Source: a virus
Virus record (IMG/VR): IMGVR_UViG_3300045120_000462
Length of the DNA stretch: 64,000 bases
Direction: 5' to 3' (one strand)
Positions 23,900 through 31,829 of the stretch are shown here, one piece after another (position 1 is the first letter of the stretch; every line of letters starts with the position of its first letter). The translations under genes were made by a program, and so were the position numbers. The notes beneath the pieces were generated by a model. It saw only the letters and a program-made list of their open reading frames with translations, was not told the origin of the DNA and did not search any database.

Positions 23900-24033
23900 T
23901 GCCAGGAGGCAAGGATCCCGGTCCTTCGATCAAGAAGCCCGCTGAGTACGAGGCGTTGAAGAAGAAGGGGATGTCGAAGTCGAAGGCGGCTGCCATCTCC
24001 AACGCCGACGCCAAGAAGGAGAAGAAGAAGTAG
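23899..24033 (+). CDS. 44-aa basic Lys-rich protein (GPSIKKPxxYEALKKKGMSK type)
   Basis: ATG overlaps stop by 1 nt; MPGGKDPGPSIKKPAEYEALKKKGMSKSKAAAISNADAKKEKKK, resembles a small conserved actinobacterial family. Confidence 0.5.
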   Translation: MPGGKDPGPSIKKPAEYEALKKKGMSKSKAAAISNADAKKEKKK

Positions 24034-24173
24034 TGGCCACGCTCCTGTGGATCTTGGCGGTGCTGTGCATCGTCTTCGGTGTGGTGCGCCTCATCCAGGG
24101 AGCGATCCTGTGGGGTCTCGTGCTGATCGTCGTCGGACTGATCCTCGGCGGCGGAGGCATCGGAGTCCACTAA
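24033..24173 (+). CDS. 46-aa two-helix membrane peptide
   Basis: GTG overlaps TAG by 1 nt; VATLLWILAVLCIVFGVVRLIQGAILWGLVLIVVGLILGGGGIGVH. Confidence 0.5.
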   Translation: MATLLWILAVLCIVFGVVRLIQGAILWGLVLIVVGLILGGGGIGVH

Positions 24174-24973
24174 TGGTTGCTCTCCACCAGCGCATCTACC
24201 GGGGCGAGATCCGTGGGGCGTTCCCGACGTACGAGCACCCGGACCCGGCGGCACACGCCGCCGAGGATCCCGAGGGCTTCCTGCACAAGTGGATGCAGCC
24301 GCACTACCCGTTCCCCAAGGGTTGGACCGGCGACGCCCCCACCGTCGGTCAACACTGGACGCGCTCGCCGCAGGCCATCCCCGAGCGGTTCGTGGAGCCG
24401 ATGCTCCACCAGGCGCAGCCGGGCGTGCCGATGGGCAAGCGCGAGCAGACCGCCGTGATGCGCCGGGAGGCGACCGAGCAGGACACAGGTGGCCCGGGCT
24501 ACGGCATGCCCGGCCACGAAGAGCACCGGGCGATGATGGACAAGTTCCACTCGTACGCCGAGCGCGCCGAGCGCGAGGGCATCAACACGTACCACGATCT
24601 CTCCGGCGGTGACCCCGATCGCCCGGGCAAGGCGCGCAAGTACAACATGGCCGTGGTGTGGGAGGGCCAGCAGCACGAGCGTGGCGAGACCGGCACCAAC
24701 TACGAGGACGAGACGAACATCCCCTTCGGCGAGCACGTCACCGTTACCGGGGCGCGTCTCTACGTACCGAAGTCAGGTTCGGTGCACGACTTCGGCCAAC
24801 GGCACCCGTCGCCGTTCACGTCCGAGGAGCGTGCGTTCGCCCATCACGAGACGATGAACCGCTCGGGCTACAGCGCCATCAACCCGTCGTCGTCCGTCCC
24901 GTGGAGCCGCATACAGTTCGCCAACGCCGTGGAGTTGAAGGTCGGCCGTAACCCTGGTCAGTGGAGTCGGTGA
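24173..24973 (+). CDS. hypothetical protein with possible R-S-ExE ADP-ribosyltransferase-like motifs
   Basis: ATG 24173 overlaps TAA by 1 nt; frame of ORF 24047..24973; IYRGE, HWTRSP, YEDETNIPFGEHVTVTG. Confidence 0.55.
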   Translation: MVALHQRIYRGEIRGAFPTYEHPDPAAHAAEDPEGFLHKWMQPHYPFPKGWTGDAPTVGQHWTRSPQAIPERFVEPMLHQAQPGVPMGKREQTAVMRREATEQDTGGPGYGMPGHEEHRAMMDKFHSYAERAEREGINTYHDLSGGDPDRPGKARKYNMAVVWEGQQHERGETGTNYEDETNIPFGEHVTVTGARLYVPKSGSVHDFGQRHPSPFTSEERAFAHHETMNRSGYSAINPSSSVPWSRIQFANAVELKVGRNPGQWSR

Positions 24974-25003
24974 CTTCTAACCCGGCCGGCGACCCCTGCG
25001 AAC

Positions 25004-25009
25004 TACGGT
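25004..25009 (+). promoter_or_regulatory. -10-like hexamer, leaderless architecture
   Basis: AACTACGGT tggttc ATG(25016). Confidence 0.45.
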
Positions 25010-25015
25010 TGGTTC

Positions 25016-25414
25016 ATGGCTAAGCACGAGCACATGTCGGCTGCATCAGCGCTGACCCATGCGGCGCTGATCGGTCACGTCATTCGAGGCACGGTGTTGG
25101 AGGGCAAGTCGTTCGGCGACGCCCACGCTGATGCGCGCAGCGCTGTTGGGGATGCTTCTGACGCCTTCCAGCGTCAGCCCTACCAAGACCCGTCCTCACA
25201 GGCCACCGGGCCGATGATCGATGAAGCGTTCTACCCAGTCCCCGCAGGGAGCCTCGACATCAACTCGGGGGATCTCTTCGACACCAGCGGCAAGCCGCTG
25301 GTCGGCCCAGCCGCCAACCGGGTGAACCAGGAAGCAAGGCTCGCCGAACAGGATCGATCGTGGAGAGCGTTCCATTCCGTCCACTCCCCAGGAGCGCGCA
25401 TAGCTCCACCGTGA
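25016..25414 (+). CDS. hypothetical protein
   Basis: ORF 25016..25414. Confidence 0.6.
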   Translation: MAKHEHMSAASALTHAALIGHVIRGTVLEGKSFGDAHADARSAVGDASDAFQRQPYQDPSSQATGPMIDEAFYPVPAGSLDINSGDLFDTSGKPLVGPAANRVNQEARLAEQDRSWRAFHSVHSPGARIAPP

Positions 25415-25427
25415 TCAGGGGCGTAAC

Positions 25428-25433
25428 TACGCT
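25428..25433 (+). promoter_or_regulatory. -10-like hexamer, leaderless architecture
   Basis: AACTACGCT gggtcc ATG(25440). Confidence 0.45.
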
Positions 25434-25439
25434 GGGTCC

Positions 25440-25901
25440 ATGGCAGCCCCCGCACCCGTACTCACGATCACGCCTGGCACGGCGACGCTGACGATGGCGA
25501 ACCTCGCCCCGACTGTGCAGCTCGCCGACACCGGCACCCACTCCCCCGTCGCTGACAGCCGCGCCTTCAAGATGGACGGCGCCACGGTGAAGTCGACGGT
25601 GGGGCCATCGGGCGCCGGCATCAGCACCGCCGTGCCGTACCCAGTCGCCCTCACAGGAGGAACGCATCAGGGCACGGTGACCACCGTCAGTGCCGGCGGC
25701 TCGACCACGAGCGCCAACGTGCCGATCGTTGTCACTGACTCGGTCGCCGCCGCCAACACGCTGTACACCGACAGCAATGGCAACGCCGTGCGCATGCACC
25801 CCAGCCTGCTTTCCAACGAGTACCGCGACCCGACGATGTGCACGCCGGGACCGCAGACGGCGTCGGGGATCTACAACGCACGTACCCGCGGCTCGATCTA
25901 G
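25440..25901 (+). CDS. Ig-like (Big_2-like) domain protein
   Basis: ORF 25440..25901; VLTITPGTATLTMANLAPTVQLADTG pattern; beta-rich T/S/V composition. Confidence 0.55.
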   Translation: MAAPAPVLTITPGTATLTMANLAPTVQLADTGTHSPVADSRAFKMDGATVKSTVGPSGAGISTAVPYPVALTGGTHQGTVTTVSAGGSTTSANVPIVVTDSVAAANTLYTDSNGNAVRMHPSLLSNEYRDPTMCTPGPQTASGIYNARTRGSI

Positions 25902-26098
25902 TGCCGAGGGTGGCGGACCCACCCGGGCCTGGTGAGCGTGAGACATCGGCCCGGCTCCGCTTCGACGAGCGGCGCGCCCTGATCGAGGCTGCCGGCGATC
26001 CGCACAAGGGTGTCGATGTGATCACGCCACGCATGGAGCGCATCCGAACCGAGCTGTCGCACCTCTTCAAGAAGGCGGCGACCGATGCCAGCCGATGA
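25901..26098 (+). CDS. 65-aa hypothetical protein
   Basis: GTG 25901 overlaps TAG by 1 nt; frame of ORF 25838..26098. Confidence 0.45.
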   Translation: MPRVADPPGPGERETSARLRFDERRALIEAAGDPHKGVDVITPRMERIRTELSHLFKKAATDASR

Positions 26099-26546
26099 GC
26101 ATCTCGGCAAGCAGTTCAAGGTGTACCACGGCACGCAGTATCCATGGGAGGGACCGCCGAGCGCATCGCCCGAGCACCCGCTCCACGTCGCCAGCAACAC
26201 CGACCTCCCCGGCGACTACGCCTTCCCCGTCGGGGGTTACGACCCCGCCGAAGACTACGAGTCGATGACTCGTGGTCGCATCAGGGAGTACGCCGTCGAC
26301 CCCGCCGCCAAGATCCATCACACCGAGGAAGGTCACTTCGACGGCATCCTCTCGCCAGAGGGGCAGGAGCAAGCCAAGGGCCACGACATGACGATGTTCA
26401 AGGAAGGTCTCGGCATCGTCTACAACCCGGCCGTGCTCCATCACGTTCGCGACATTGGCTACAAGGAGCACATGCACTCCGATCCAGAGGACGAGATGGA
26501 GTACATGCACGGCGAGGACTGGCGCCACCACCTGCGCAGGCGATGA
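26085..26546 (+). CDS. Arr-like (ADP-ribosyltransferase fold) protein, divergent paralogue
   Basis: ORF 26085..26546; ADEHLGKQFKVYHGTQY..HVASNTDLPGDYA..GRIREYAVDP. Confidence 0.5.
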   Translation: MPADEHLGKQFKVYHGTQYPWEGPPSASPEHPLHVASNTDLPGDYAFPVGGYDPAEDYESMTRGRIREYAVDPAAKIHHTEEGHFDGILSPEGQEQAKGHDMTMFKEGLGIVYNPAVLHHVRDIGYKEHMHSDPEDEMEYMHGEDWRHHLRRR

Positions 26547-26857
26547 CTGCCACCGACCACCTCAACCGTGAGCTGTTCCACGCCACGACGCACCCGTTTC
26601 AAATCGGCGACGTGGTCAACCCCACCGACACCGAGCACAGCGAGACACCGATGGCGTTTGCCACGCCCGACTTGGGCCTCGCCAACTCGATCGCCCGTGG
26701 CAAGGCCCGCTGGCACAACAAGCGCAACCCTGATGACCAGAGGACCGGACACGTCTTCGCTGTCGAGCACATGAGTGAGCCGGCCGATCTGTGGATGCCG
26801 AGCAGGTACGTCGCAGACCCCGCTGGGTTCCGAGTCGTACGTAAGGTTGAGCAGTGA
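26543..26857 (+). CDS. Arr-like (rifampin ADP-ribosyltransferase fold) small protein
   Basis: ATG 26543 overlaps stop (ATGA); LFHATTHPFQIGDVVNP / MAFATPDLGLANSIA / GHVFAVEHMSEP / SRYVADPAGFRVVRKVE parallel the Arr blocks FYHGTKANLAIGDLL / IYFSAL..AVWGAELA / YIYIVEPTGPFE / SYRTCEPLRIVGVVE (Arr sequence recalled from memory). Confidence 0.55.
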   Translation: MTATDHLNRELFHATTHPFQIGDVVNPTDTEHSETPMAFATPDLGLANSIARGKARWHNKRNPDDQRTGHVFAVEHMSEPADLWMPSRYVADPAGFRVVRKVEQ

Positions 26858-28554
26858 GCGTTGCCTTCTGGCCCCCGAGCTACCGCGCCGGTACCTCCGA
26901 CCTCTCGATCCAGATCTCCCCTCTCGGGCTGGTCGACCTCTCCAACGAGGAGATGGACGTCCACGGGATCCGGCTGTCTCGGTACTCGCTGTATTGGGCG
27001 CACTACCTCGGCCACCACTGGGCGTACCGACGAGAGATCGGCGAGCCGCAGTTCACGTTCAACTACGTGCGCGCTCTGTCGGACTACCTCACCAACTTCA
27101 CCTTCGGCCGCGGCGTGACCTTCCAGTCGCCGCCGGCTACCTCGGCCATCATCCCGGCGATCTTGAAGCGGGTGTGGGAGCAGGACAACCGCAAGGCATC
27201 GATCCTGTGGGAGATGGGCCAGATCGCCTCGGTGACCGGTGACCTCTTCGTCAAGGTGGCGTACGAAGATCCCTTCGTCGACTCGGCGGGCCGGCTACAT
27301 CCTGGCCGTGTCCGCATCCTCCCTCTGAACCCGGCCAACTGCTTCCCACAGTGGCACGAGCACGACCGACAGCGGATGCTCTCGTTCAAGTTGAAGTACC
27401 GGTTCTTCTCGACCGACCAGACCGGCACCCGCATCGTCAACACGTACATCGAGCGGATCACCGACACGGGCATCGAGGAGTACGTCAACGACGAGCTGAT
27501 CTCGGCGCGGCCGAACCCGCTCGGCGTGATCCCGATCGTCTACGTCCCCAACATCCTGATCTCAGGATCGCCGTGGGGGATGAGCGACATCGCCGAGATC
27601 ATCCCGCTCAATCGCGAGTACAACGAGAAGGCCGTCGAGATCTCCGACATCGTCAACTACCACTCCGCTCCCGTCACGGTGATCACCGGGGCCAAGGTGC
27701 CGCAGTTGGAGAAGGGTGCGCGCAAGACGTGGTTCCTGCCCAAGGACGCCAAGGTCGAGACCCTGCAGTCCACGTGGCAGCTAGAGCACATGCTCGGCTA
27801 CATGGACGTCGTCAAACGAGGGATGCACGAGATGACCGGCGTGCCCGAGCAGGCGCTCGGTCAGGTGCAGCCGATCAGCAACACGAGCGGCGTGGCGCTG
27901 GCGATCCAGTACGCCCCGACGATGCAGCGCTTCCGCATGAAGAAGAACAACTTCGAGTCGGGCTTCCAGCAGATCAACGAGCTGGTGATCCTCACGCTGT
28001 TCCAGAAGGAACCGCAGTCGATGATGTTCAACCCCATGGAGGACACGGCGCCCAAGCCGGGCCAGCTCACACAGCTCGACCCCGCTGACCCCAACAGCTA
28101 CGAGACGTCGACCTACTGGCCCGAGCCGTTGCCGGTCGATATCCTCGTCAAGCTCAACGAGATCACGCAGAAGATGCAGCTCGGGTTGGAGTCCAAGCGC
28201 GGTGCGCTCGCCGACCTTGGTGAGGAGTTCCCCGACGACAAGCTCGCCGAGATCTTCGCCGAGATCCTCGAAGACGCCAAGGATCAGGGTGCGTTGCAGT
28301 TGCAGACCTCGGCGATCCAGGCGGCGATCGTCGCCCTCACCGGAATGGTCCCGGCTACTGGCGAGCCGGCCGACCCCGGTGGGGGCGGTGGCGATGGCCA
28401 GGGCGTCAACAAGCCCGATGCTGGTGGTACCGGCACAATGCCCGGTCTCGTGCTCGACCAGAACACGATGAACCTGATGAATGAGCTGACCACTCGTGCC
28501 TACATGCCGCGCATGGGACAGTTCCGTAACCCGGCCAACACCAGTAACGAGTAG
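26854..28554 (+). CDS. portal protein
   Basis: 566 aa; GTG overlaps stop (GTGA); LYWAHYLGHHW motif near the N-terminus, size, and position upstream of scaffold and capsid. Confidence 0.85.
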   Translation: MSVAFWPPSYRAGTSDLSIQISPLGLVDLSNEEMDVHGIRLSRYSLYWAHYLGHHWAYRREIGEPQFTFNYVRALSDYLTNFTFGRGVTFQSPPATSAIIPAILKRVWEQDNRKASILWEMGQIASVTGDLFVKVAYEDPFVDSAGRLHPGRVRILPLNPANCFPQWHEHDRQRMLSFKLKYRFFSTDQTGTRIVNTYIERITDTGIEEYVNDELISARPNPLGVIPIVYVPNILISGSPWGMSDIAEIIPLNREYNEKAVEISDIVNYHSAPVTVITGAKVPQLEKGARKTWFLPKDAKVETLQSTWQLEHMLGYMDVVKRGMHEMTGVPEQALGQVQPISNTSGVALAIQYAPTMQRFRMKKNNFESGFQQINELVILTLFQKEPQSMMFNPMEDTAPKPGQLTQLDPADPNSYETSTYWPEPLPVDILVKLNEITQKMQLGLESKRGALADLGEEFPDDKLAEIFAEILEDAKDQGALQLQTSAIQAAIVALTGMVPATGEPADPGGGGGDGQGVNKPDAGGTGTMPGLVLDQNTMNLMNELTTRAYMPRMGQFRNPANTSNE

Positions 28555-28621
28555 GTTCGACCTCTTCACGCTGCGTAGATAACCTCTACGGCACAACGTC
28601 GCACCACTGCGGAGGCATTCA

Positions 28622-29494
28622 ATGACGGACAGCATCACGGTTACACCCGACCCCGCCGACAACAACGGTCAGATCGCCTTCAACACCTCGTCGTCGACCT
28701 CCACCTTCGATCCCAACCTCGGCAACACCGGTACCGGGTTCCTCGTCGGCACGCAGCCGGCGCCGGCAACGCAGCGCACCACTGCTCCGCAGGGCCACAC
28801 GCTCACTCCCGAAGAGATCGCAGCGCTCGGTGCGCAAGGAGTTGCTCCGCAACTGCAGCAGATCACCAGTTCACAGCAGACGATGGAGCAGCGCATGGCG
28901 GCGATGCAGGCCGAGATCGATCTGGCCAAGTCCGAGCGCGAGGCCGCACAGACCGCCGCTGCCGATGCCGAGGCCGCTCGTCTCGCTGCCGAGACCGCCG
29001 CTGCCGAACAGGAGATGTCGGCGACCGAGTTGGTCGGCAAGGTCCGCGAGGAGATGCAGCAGCAGTTCGAGCAGCTTCGTGCTGCCGCTGATGCGAGCAA
29101 CGCCATCCTCGAACAGGAGCGCCACTTCCAGGCGCTGCAGGAGTACAAGAACAACCGGCTCGCCGAGCCGGAGATCGCCGCCGCCGTGATGCCGCACCTC
29201 CACCAGTACATCGTCGGCAACACCGAGCAGGAGATCGAGGAGGCCATCGCCCGGGCCGCTGCCACATCCAGCAACATCCTTGGCGAGTTCCAGTCGTACC
29301 AGCAGTCGTATCGCCAGCAAGCTCCTGGCGTCTCCACCGCCGTACCGACCGCCGGCCCGATGGAAGCTCAGGCATCGCAGCAGACGATGTCGGCCCAGCA
29401 GATCGCCGCACTGCCGCCGGCCGAGTACGCACGTCTGCGCCCGCAGTTGCTGCGTGCCGCTGGTGACGCCTACCGCGCCCAGCAGGGTCGATAG
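28622..29494 (+). CDS. scaffolding protein
   Basis: GCGGAGG SD; Ala/Glu/Gln-rich coiled coil; lies between portal and major capsid. Confidence 0.75.
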   Translation: MTDSITVTPDPADNNGQIAFNTSSSTSTFDPNLGNTGTGFLVGTQPAPATQRTTAPQGHTLTPEEIAALGAQGVAPQLQQITSSQQTMEQRMAAMQAEIDLAKSEREAAQTAAADAEAARLAAETAAAEQEMSATELVGKVREEMQQQFEQLRAAADASNAILEQERHFQALQEYKNNRLAEPEIAAAVMPHLHQYIVGNTEQEIEEAIARAAATSSNILGEFQSYQQSYRQQAPGVSTAVPTAGPMEAQASQQTMSAQQIAALPPAEYARLRPQLLRAAGDAYRAQQGR

Positions 29495-29512
29495 CTCCCG
29501 TCGCTCGGAAGG

Positions 29513-29540
29513 GCTGACCTACTATCTGTTGTAGGTCAGC
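29513..29540 (+). terminator. perfect 10-bp stem-loop
   Basis: GCTGACCTAC tatctgtt GTAGGTCAGC, just after the scaffold stop. Confidence 0.55.
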
Positions 29541-29575
29541 ACTGGCCTGATCTTCCGACCTTCAAGGAGTAACAC

Positions 29576-30703
29576 ATGCCCGATATCTCAGGTGGCATCT
29601 CGGGTACTGGCAACCTGTACTCGGGCGTGTCCGGTGGTTCCAACCCGGCTGCCGTGCCGGTTGGTGGTGCCTTCCTCGGTGTGCAAGCGCCGCCAGCGCC
29701 GTCTGGCCTCGTCACTCAGGGCTACCCGCAGGGCACTGCGATCACCGGCTCGACCTCGCTCACCCCGGCGATCCAGACGGTGTGGAGCCGGGAGATCCTC
29801 TTCCAGGCGATGCCCATTCTGCGCTTCGAGCAGTTCGCCGTGAAGAAGACCGAGCTGGGAGTCACTCCCGGTTTGACCATCAACTTCATGAAGTACAACA
29901 ACCTCGACGTGGACTCCGTCAACGGCGCAGCCCTCACCGAAGGTGTGCGCATGAGCACTCGGGCGCTGTCGGCGTTCCAGTACCGCATCCTCGTCGGCGA
30001 GCAGGGAACGGCCGTCGCCGTCTCCGAGCTGCTCCTCCACGCTTCGTTCGATGACGTGATGGCTTCGGCCTCGCGTCTGCTCGGGCGCCACATGGCGCAG
30101 AGCATGGACTACCAGGCCCGCAACACGCTGATGCTGGCGCCCGGGTCCGAGGTCTACGGGTACGACAAGGCGGCTCCCTACCAGGGCAGCTCGACCAACA
30201 TCTATGACCCCGGTACCAAGGCAGCCAGCGCTGCCGGCGTGACCGGCGCCGTCGCCGCCACCAACCGCTACCTGCTCACTCCTCATACCGTGAAGGACGC
30301 TGTGCAGGCGCTCGCCTCGCTCAACATCCCCCGGCTCGGCGAGACGTACGTGCAGTTCGTGCACCCGGCCCAGGCCCGTCGTCTTCGTGACACGCCCGAG
30401 TGGATCGAGGTGACCAAGTACGCCGCTCCCGGGAACTTCATGCTTGGCGAGATCGGCCGCATCAACGACGTCGTGTTCATCGAGACCACGCAGGTCAACT
30501 TCGCTGCGGCCGGCGCCGGCAACAACTACTACGACGGCCTGATGATCGGCGACAACGCCTTCGGGCACGCCGTGTCGCTCCCTGTCGAGCTGCGTGACGG
30601 CGGAGTCCTCGACTTCGGCCGGGAGCACGCCCTCGCCTGGTACGCCATTTGGGGTTGGGGTTCGATCACGCCGCAGGCCGTGGTCCGCACGCTCACCAAC
30701 TGA
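29576..30703 (+). CDS. major capsid protein (HK97-fold type)
   Basis: AAGGAG SD; 375 aa; position after scaffold; strong terminator downstream. Confidence 0.85.
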   Translation: MPDISGGISGTGNLYSGVSGGSNPAAVPVGGAFLGVQAPPAPSGLVTQGYPQGTAITGSTSLTPAIQTVWSREILFQAMPILRFEQFAVKKTELGVTPGLTINFMKYNNLDVDSVNGAALTEGVRMSTRALSAFQYRILVGEQGTAVAVSELLLHASFDDVMASASRLLGRHMAQSMDYQARNTLMLAPGSEVYGYDKAAPYQGSSTNIYDPGTKAASAAGVTGAVAATNRYLLTPHTVKDAVQALASLNIPRLGETYVQFVHPAQARRLRDTPEWIEVTKYAAPGNFMLGEIGRINDVVFIETTQVNFAAAGAGNNYYDGLMIGDNAFGHAVSLPVELRDGGVLDFGREHALAWYAIWGWGSITPQAVVRTLTN

Positions 30704-30727
30704 TCCCCCTCCCTCGTGGGAGCGATG

Positions 30728-30751
30728 GAAGCGCCCCGGCGGGGGCGCTTC
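30728..30751 (+). terminator. perfect 10-bp GC-rich stem-loop followed by TTC
   Basis: GAAGCGCCCC ggcg GGGGCGCTTC. Confidence 0.7.
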
Positions 30752-30757
30752 TTCGCG

Positions 30758-30763
30758 TACCGT
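30758..30763 (+). promoter_or_regulatory. -10-like hexamer, leaderless architecture
   Basis: TACCGT tgaggt GTG(30770); lies within the 12-mer shared with 22359-22370. Confidence 0.4.
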
Positions 30764-30769
30764 TGAGGT

Positions 30770-31105
30770 GTGGCTGCAGACGAGCACCTCGGGCTGCAGT
30801 TCGAGTACGAGCACTTCCCGCCGTCCGAGAGTGGTGTCTCGTTCGATCAGCACCGGATCTACGCCAACGTCGGTGACACCGAGGTCGGCCACATGTCGTG
30901 GAGCCAGAAGGGCATCCACTACATCGAAGCGCGCCGACCTCGACAGGGCATCGCTACAGCGTTGTGGAACGAAGGCCATCGACTGGCTGCGGAGAACCCG
31001 AGCATCGTCAAGCCGGCGCACACTGCCGACCGCACCGACTCCGGTGACGCCTGGGCGCGAGCGGTCGGTGGGCGCCTTCCCCGGCGCAAGAGGGACGAAG
31101 GTTAG
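30770..31105 (+). CDS. hypothetical protein (N-terminus ADEHLGLQF shared with 26085 product)
   Basis: ORF 30770..31105; IHYIEARRPRQGIATALWNEGHRLA is weakly GNAT-like. Confidence 0.55.
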   Translation: MAADEHLGLQFEYEHFPPSESGVSFDQHRIYANVGDTEVGHMSWSQKGIHYIEARRPRQGIATALWNEGHRLAAENPSIVKPAHTADRTDSGDAWARAVGGRLPRRKRDEG

Positions 31106-31108
31106 AGT
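31103..31108 (+). promoter_or_regulatory. -10-like hexamer overlapping the upstream stop
   Basis: TAGAGT tggcctg ATG(31116). Confidence 0.4.
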
Positions 31109-31115
31109 TGGCCTG

Positions 31116-31508
31116 ATGGCAACACGCAGAACCGCAACAACCGAAGTCGTCGAGGAACCAGTGGGGGATCTCGGTCCATCGGGTGTGCGCAGCTTGGAAC
31201 CAGAGCCTGACCCCGGCCCCGACTTCCAAGGTGTCGACGAGGTCGAGATGCCCGACCCTCGTGACGACATGACCACGACGCAGAACTTCTACACCACGCC
31301 TGGCGTCGTCACCGAGGTGATCGAGTTCGAGCCGGAGATCGTCGAGGGTGACGAGCCGACGTATCGCGTTCGCCTGACTGCGGATCTCGAACCGATCTAC
31401 ATCGGTATCGACTTCCCGATCCCGGCGATGCGCAAGGACGTCCTCTACGAGGTCAACCAGCGTGTGTACGACTACCTCTTGCCGAAGGGCTTGATCCAAG
31501 GGAAGTGA
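31116..31508 (+). CDS. hypothetical head-module protein
   Basis: ATG 31116 in frame of ORF 30594..31508; MATRRTATTEVVEEP... Confidence 0.6.
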   Translation: MATRRTATTEVVEEPVGDLGPSGVRSLEPEPDPGPDFQGVDEVEMPDPRDDMTTTQNFYTTPGVVTEVIEFEPEIVEGDEPTYRVRLTADLEPIYIGIDFPIPAMRKDVLYEVNQRVYDYLLPKGLIQGK

Positions 31509-31511
31509 ACC

Positions 31512-31829
31512 ATGGCCACCAGTAAGTCATCCTCGACGGCAGAGACGCCGGAGCAAGTCACCACTGACGTTCCGCCAGACGAGAACGCTCCGGCCGAACC
31601 GGAGCAGGTGGAGACCACGCCGGAGGAGAACGTTCCCGTCCTCCCGCCGACGTTGGCGGAGGCCGGCCTCGTCGGTGTCGTCGGCGTCACCGCCGGCCAG
31701 TACTCGACCCCGAGCGGATCGTTCTACGCCGTCTCGCCGGGGCAGTCGTATGTCGTGTCGAGTGACGACGCCGACTCTCTCGTCGAGCAGGGCGCAGCGG
31801 TCAAGATCGACAACGCCTCCGCTGGCTGA
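31512..31829 (+). CDS. hypothetical protein, acidic Pro/Glu-rich N-terminus
   Basis: ORF 31512..31829. Confidence 0.6.
   Translation: MATSKSSSTAETPEQVTTDVPPDENAPAEPEQVETTPEENVPVLPPTLAEAGLVGVVGVTAGQYSTPSGSFYAVSPGQSYVVSSDDADSLVEQGAAVKIDNASAG

Noticed and set aside
28552-28621. TAGGTT / TAGATA hexamers upstream of the scaffold gene as further leaderless-type promoters
   Set aside because: The scaffold gene has a clear SD (GCGGAGG) and a ~60-nt leader, so it does not fit the hexamer-N6-start pattern. The hexamers may still be an ordinary promoter, but the evidence is weak.
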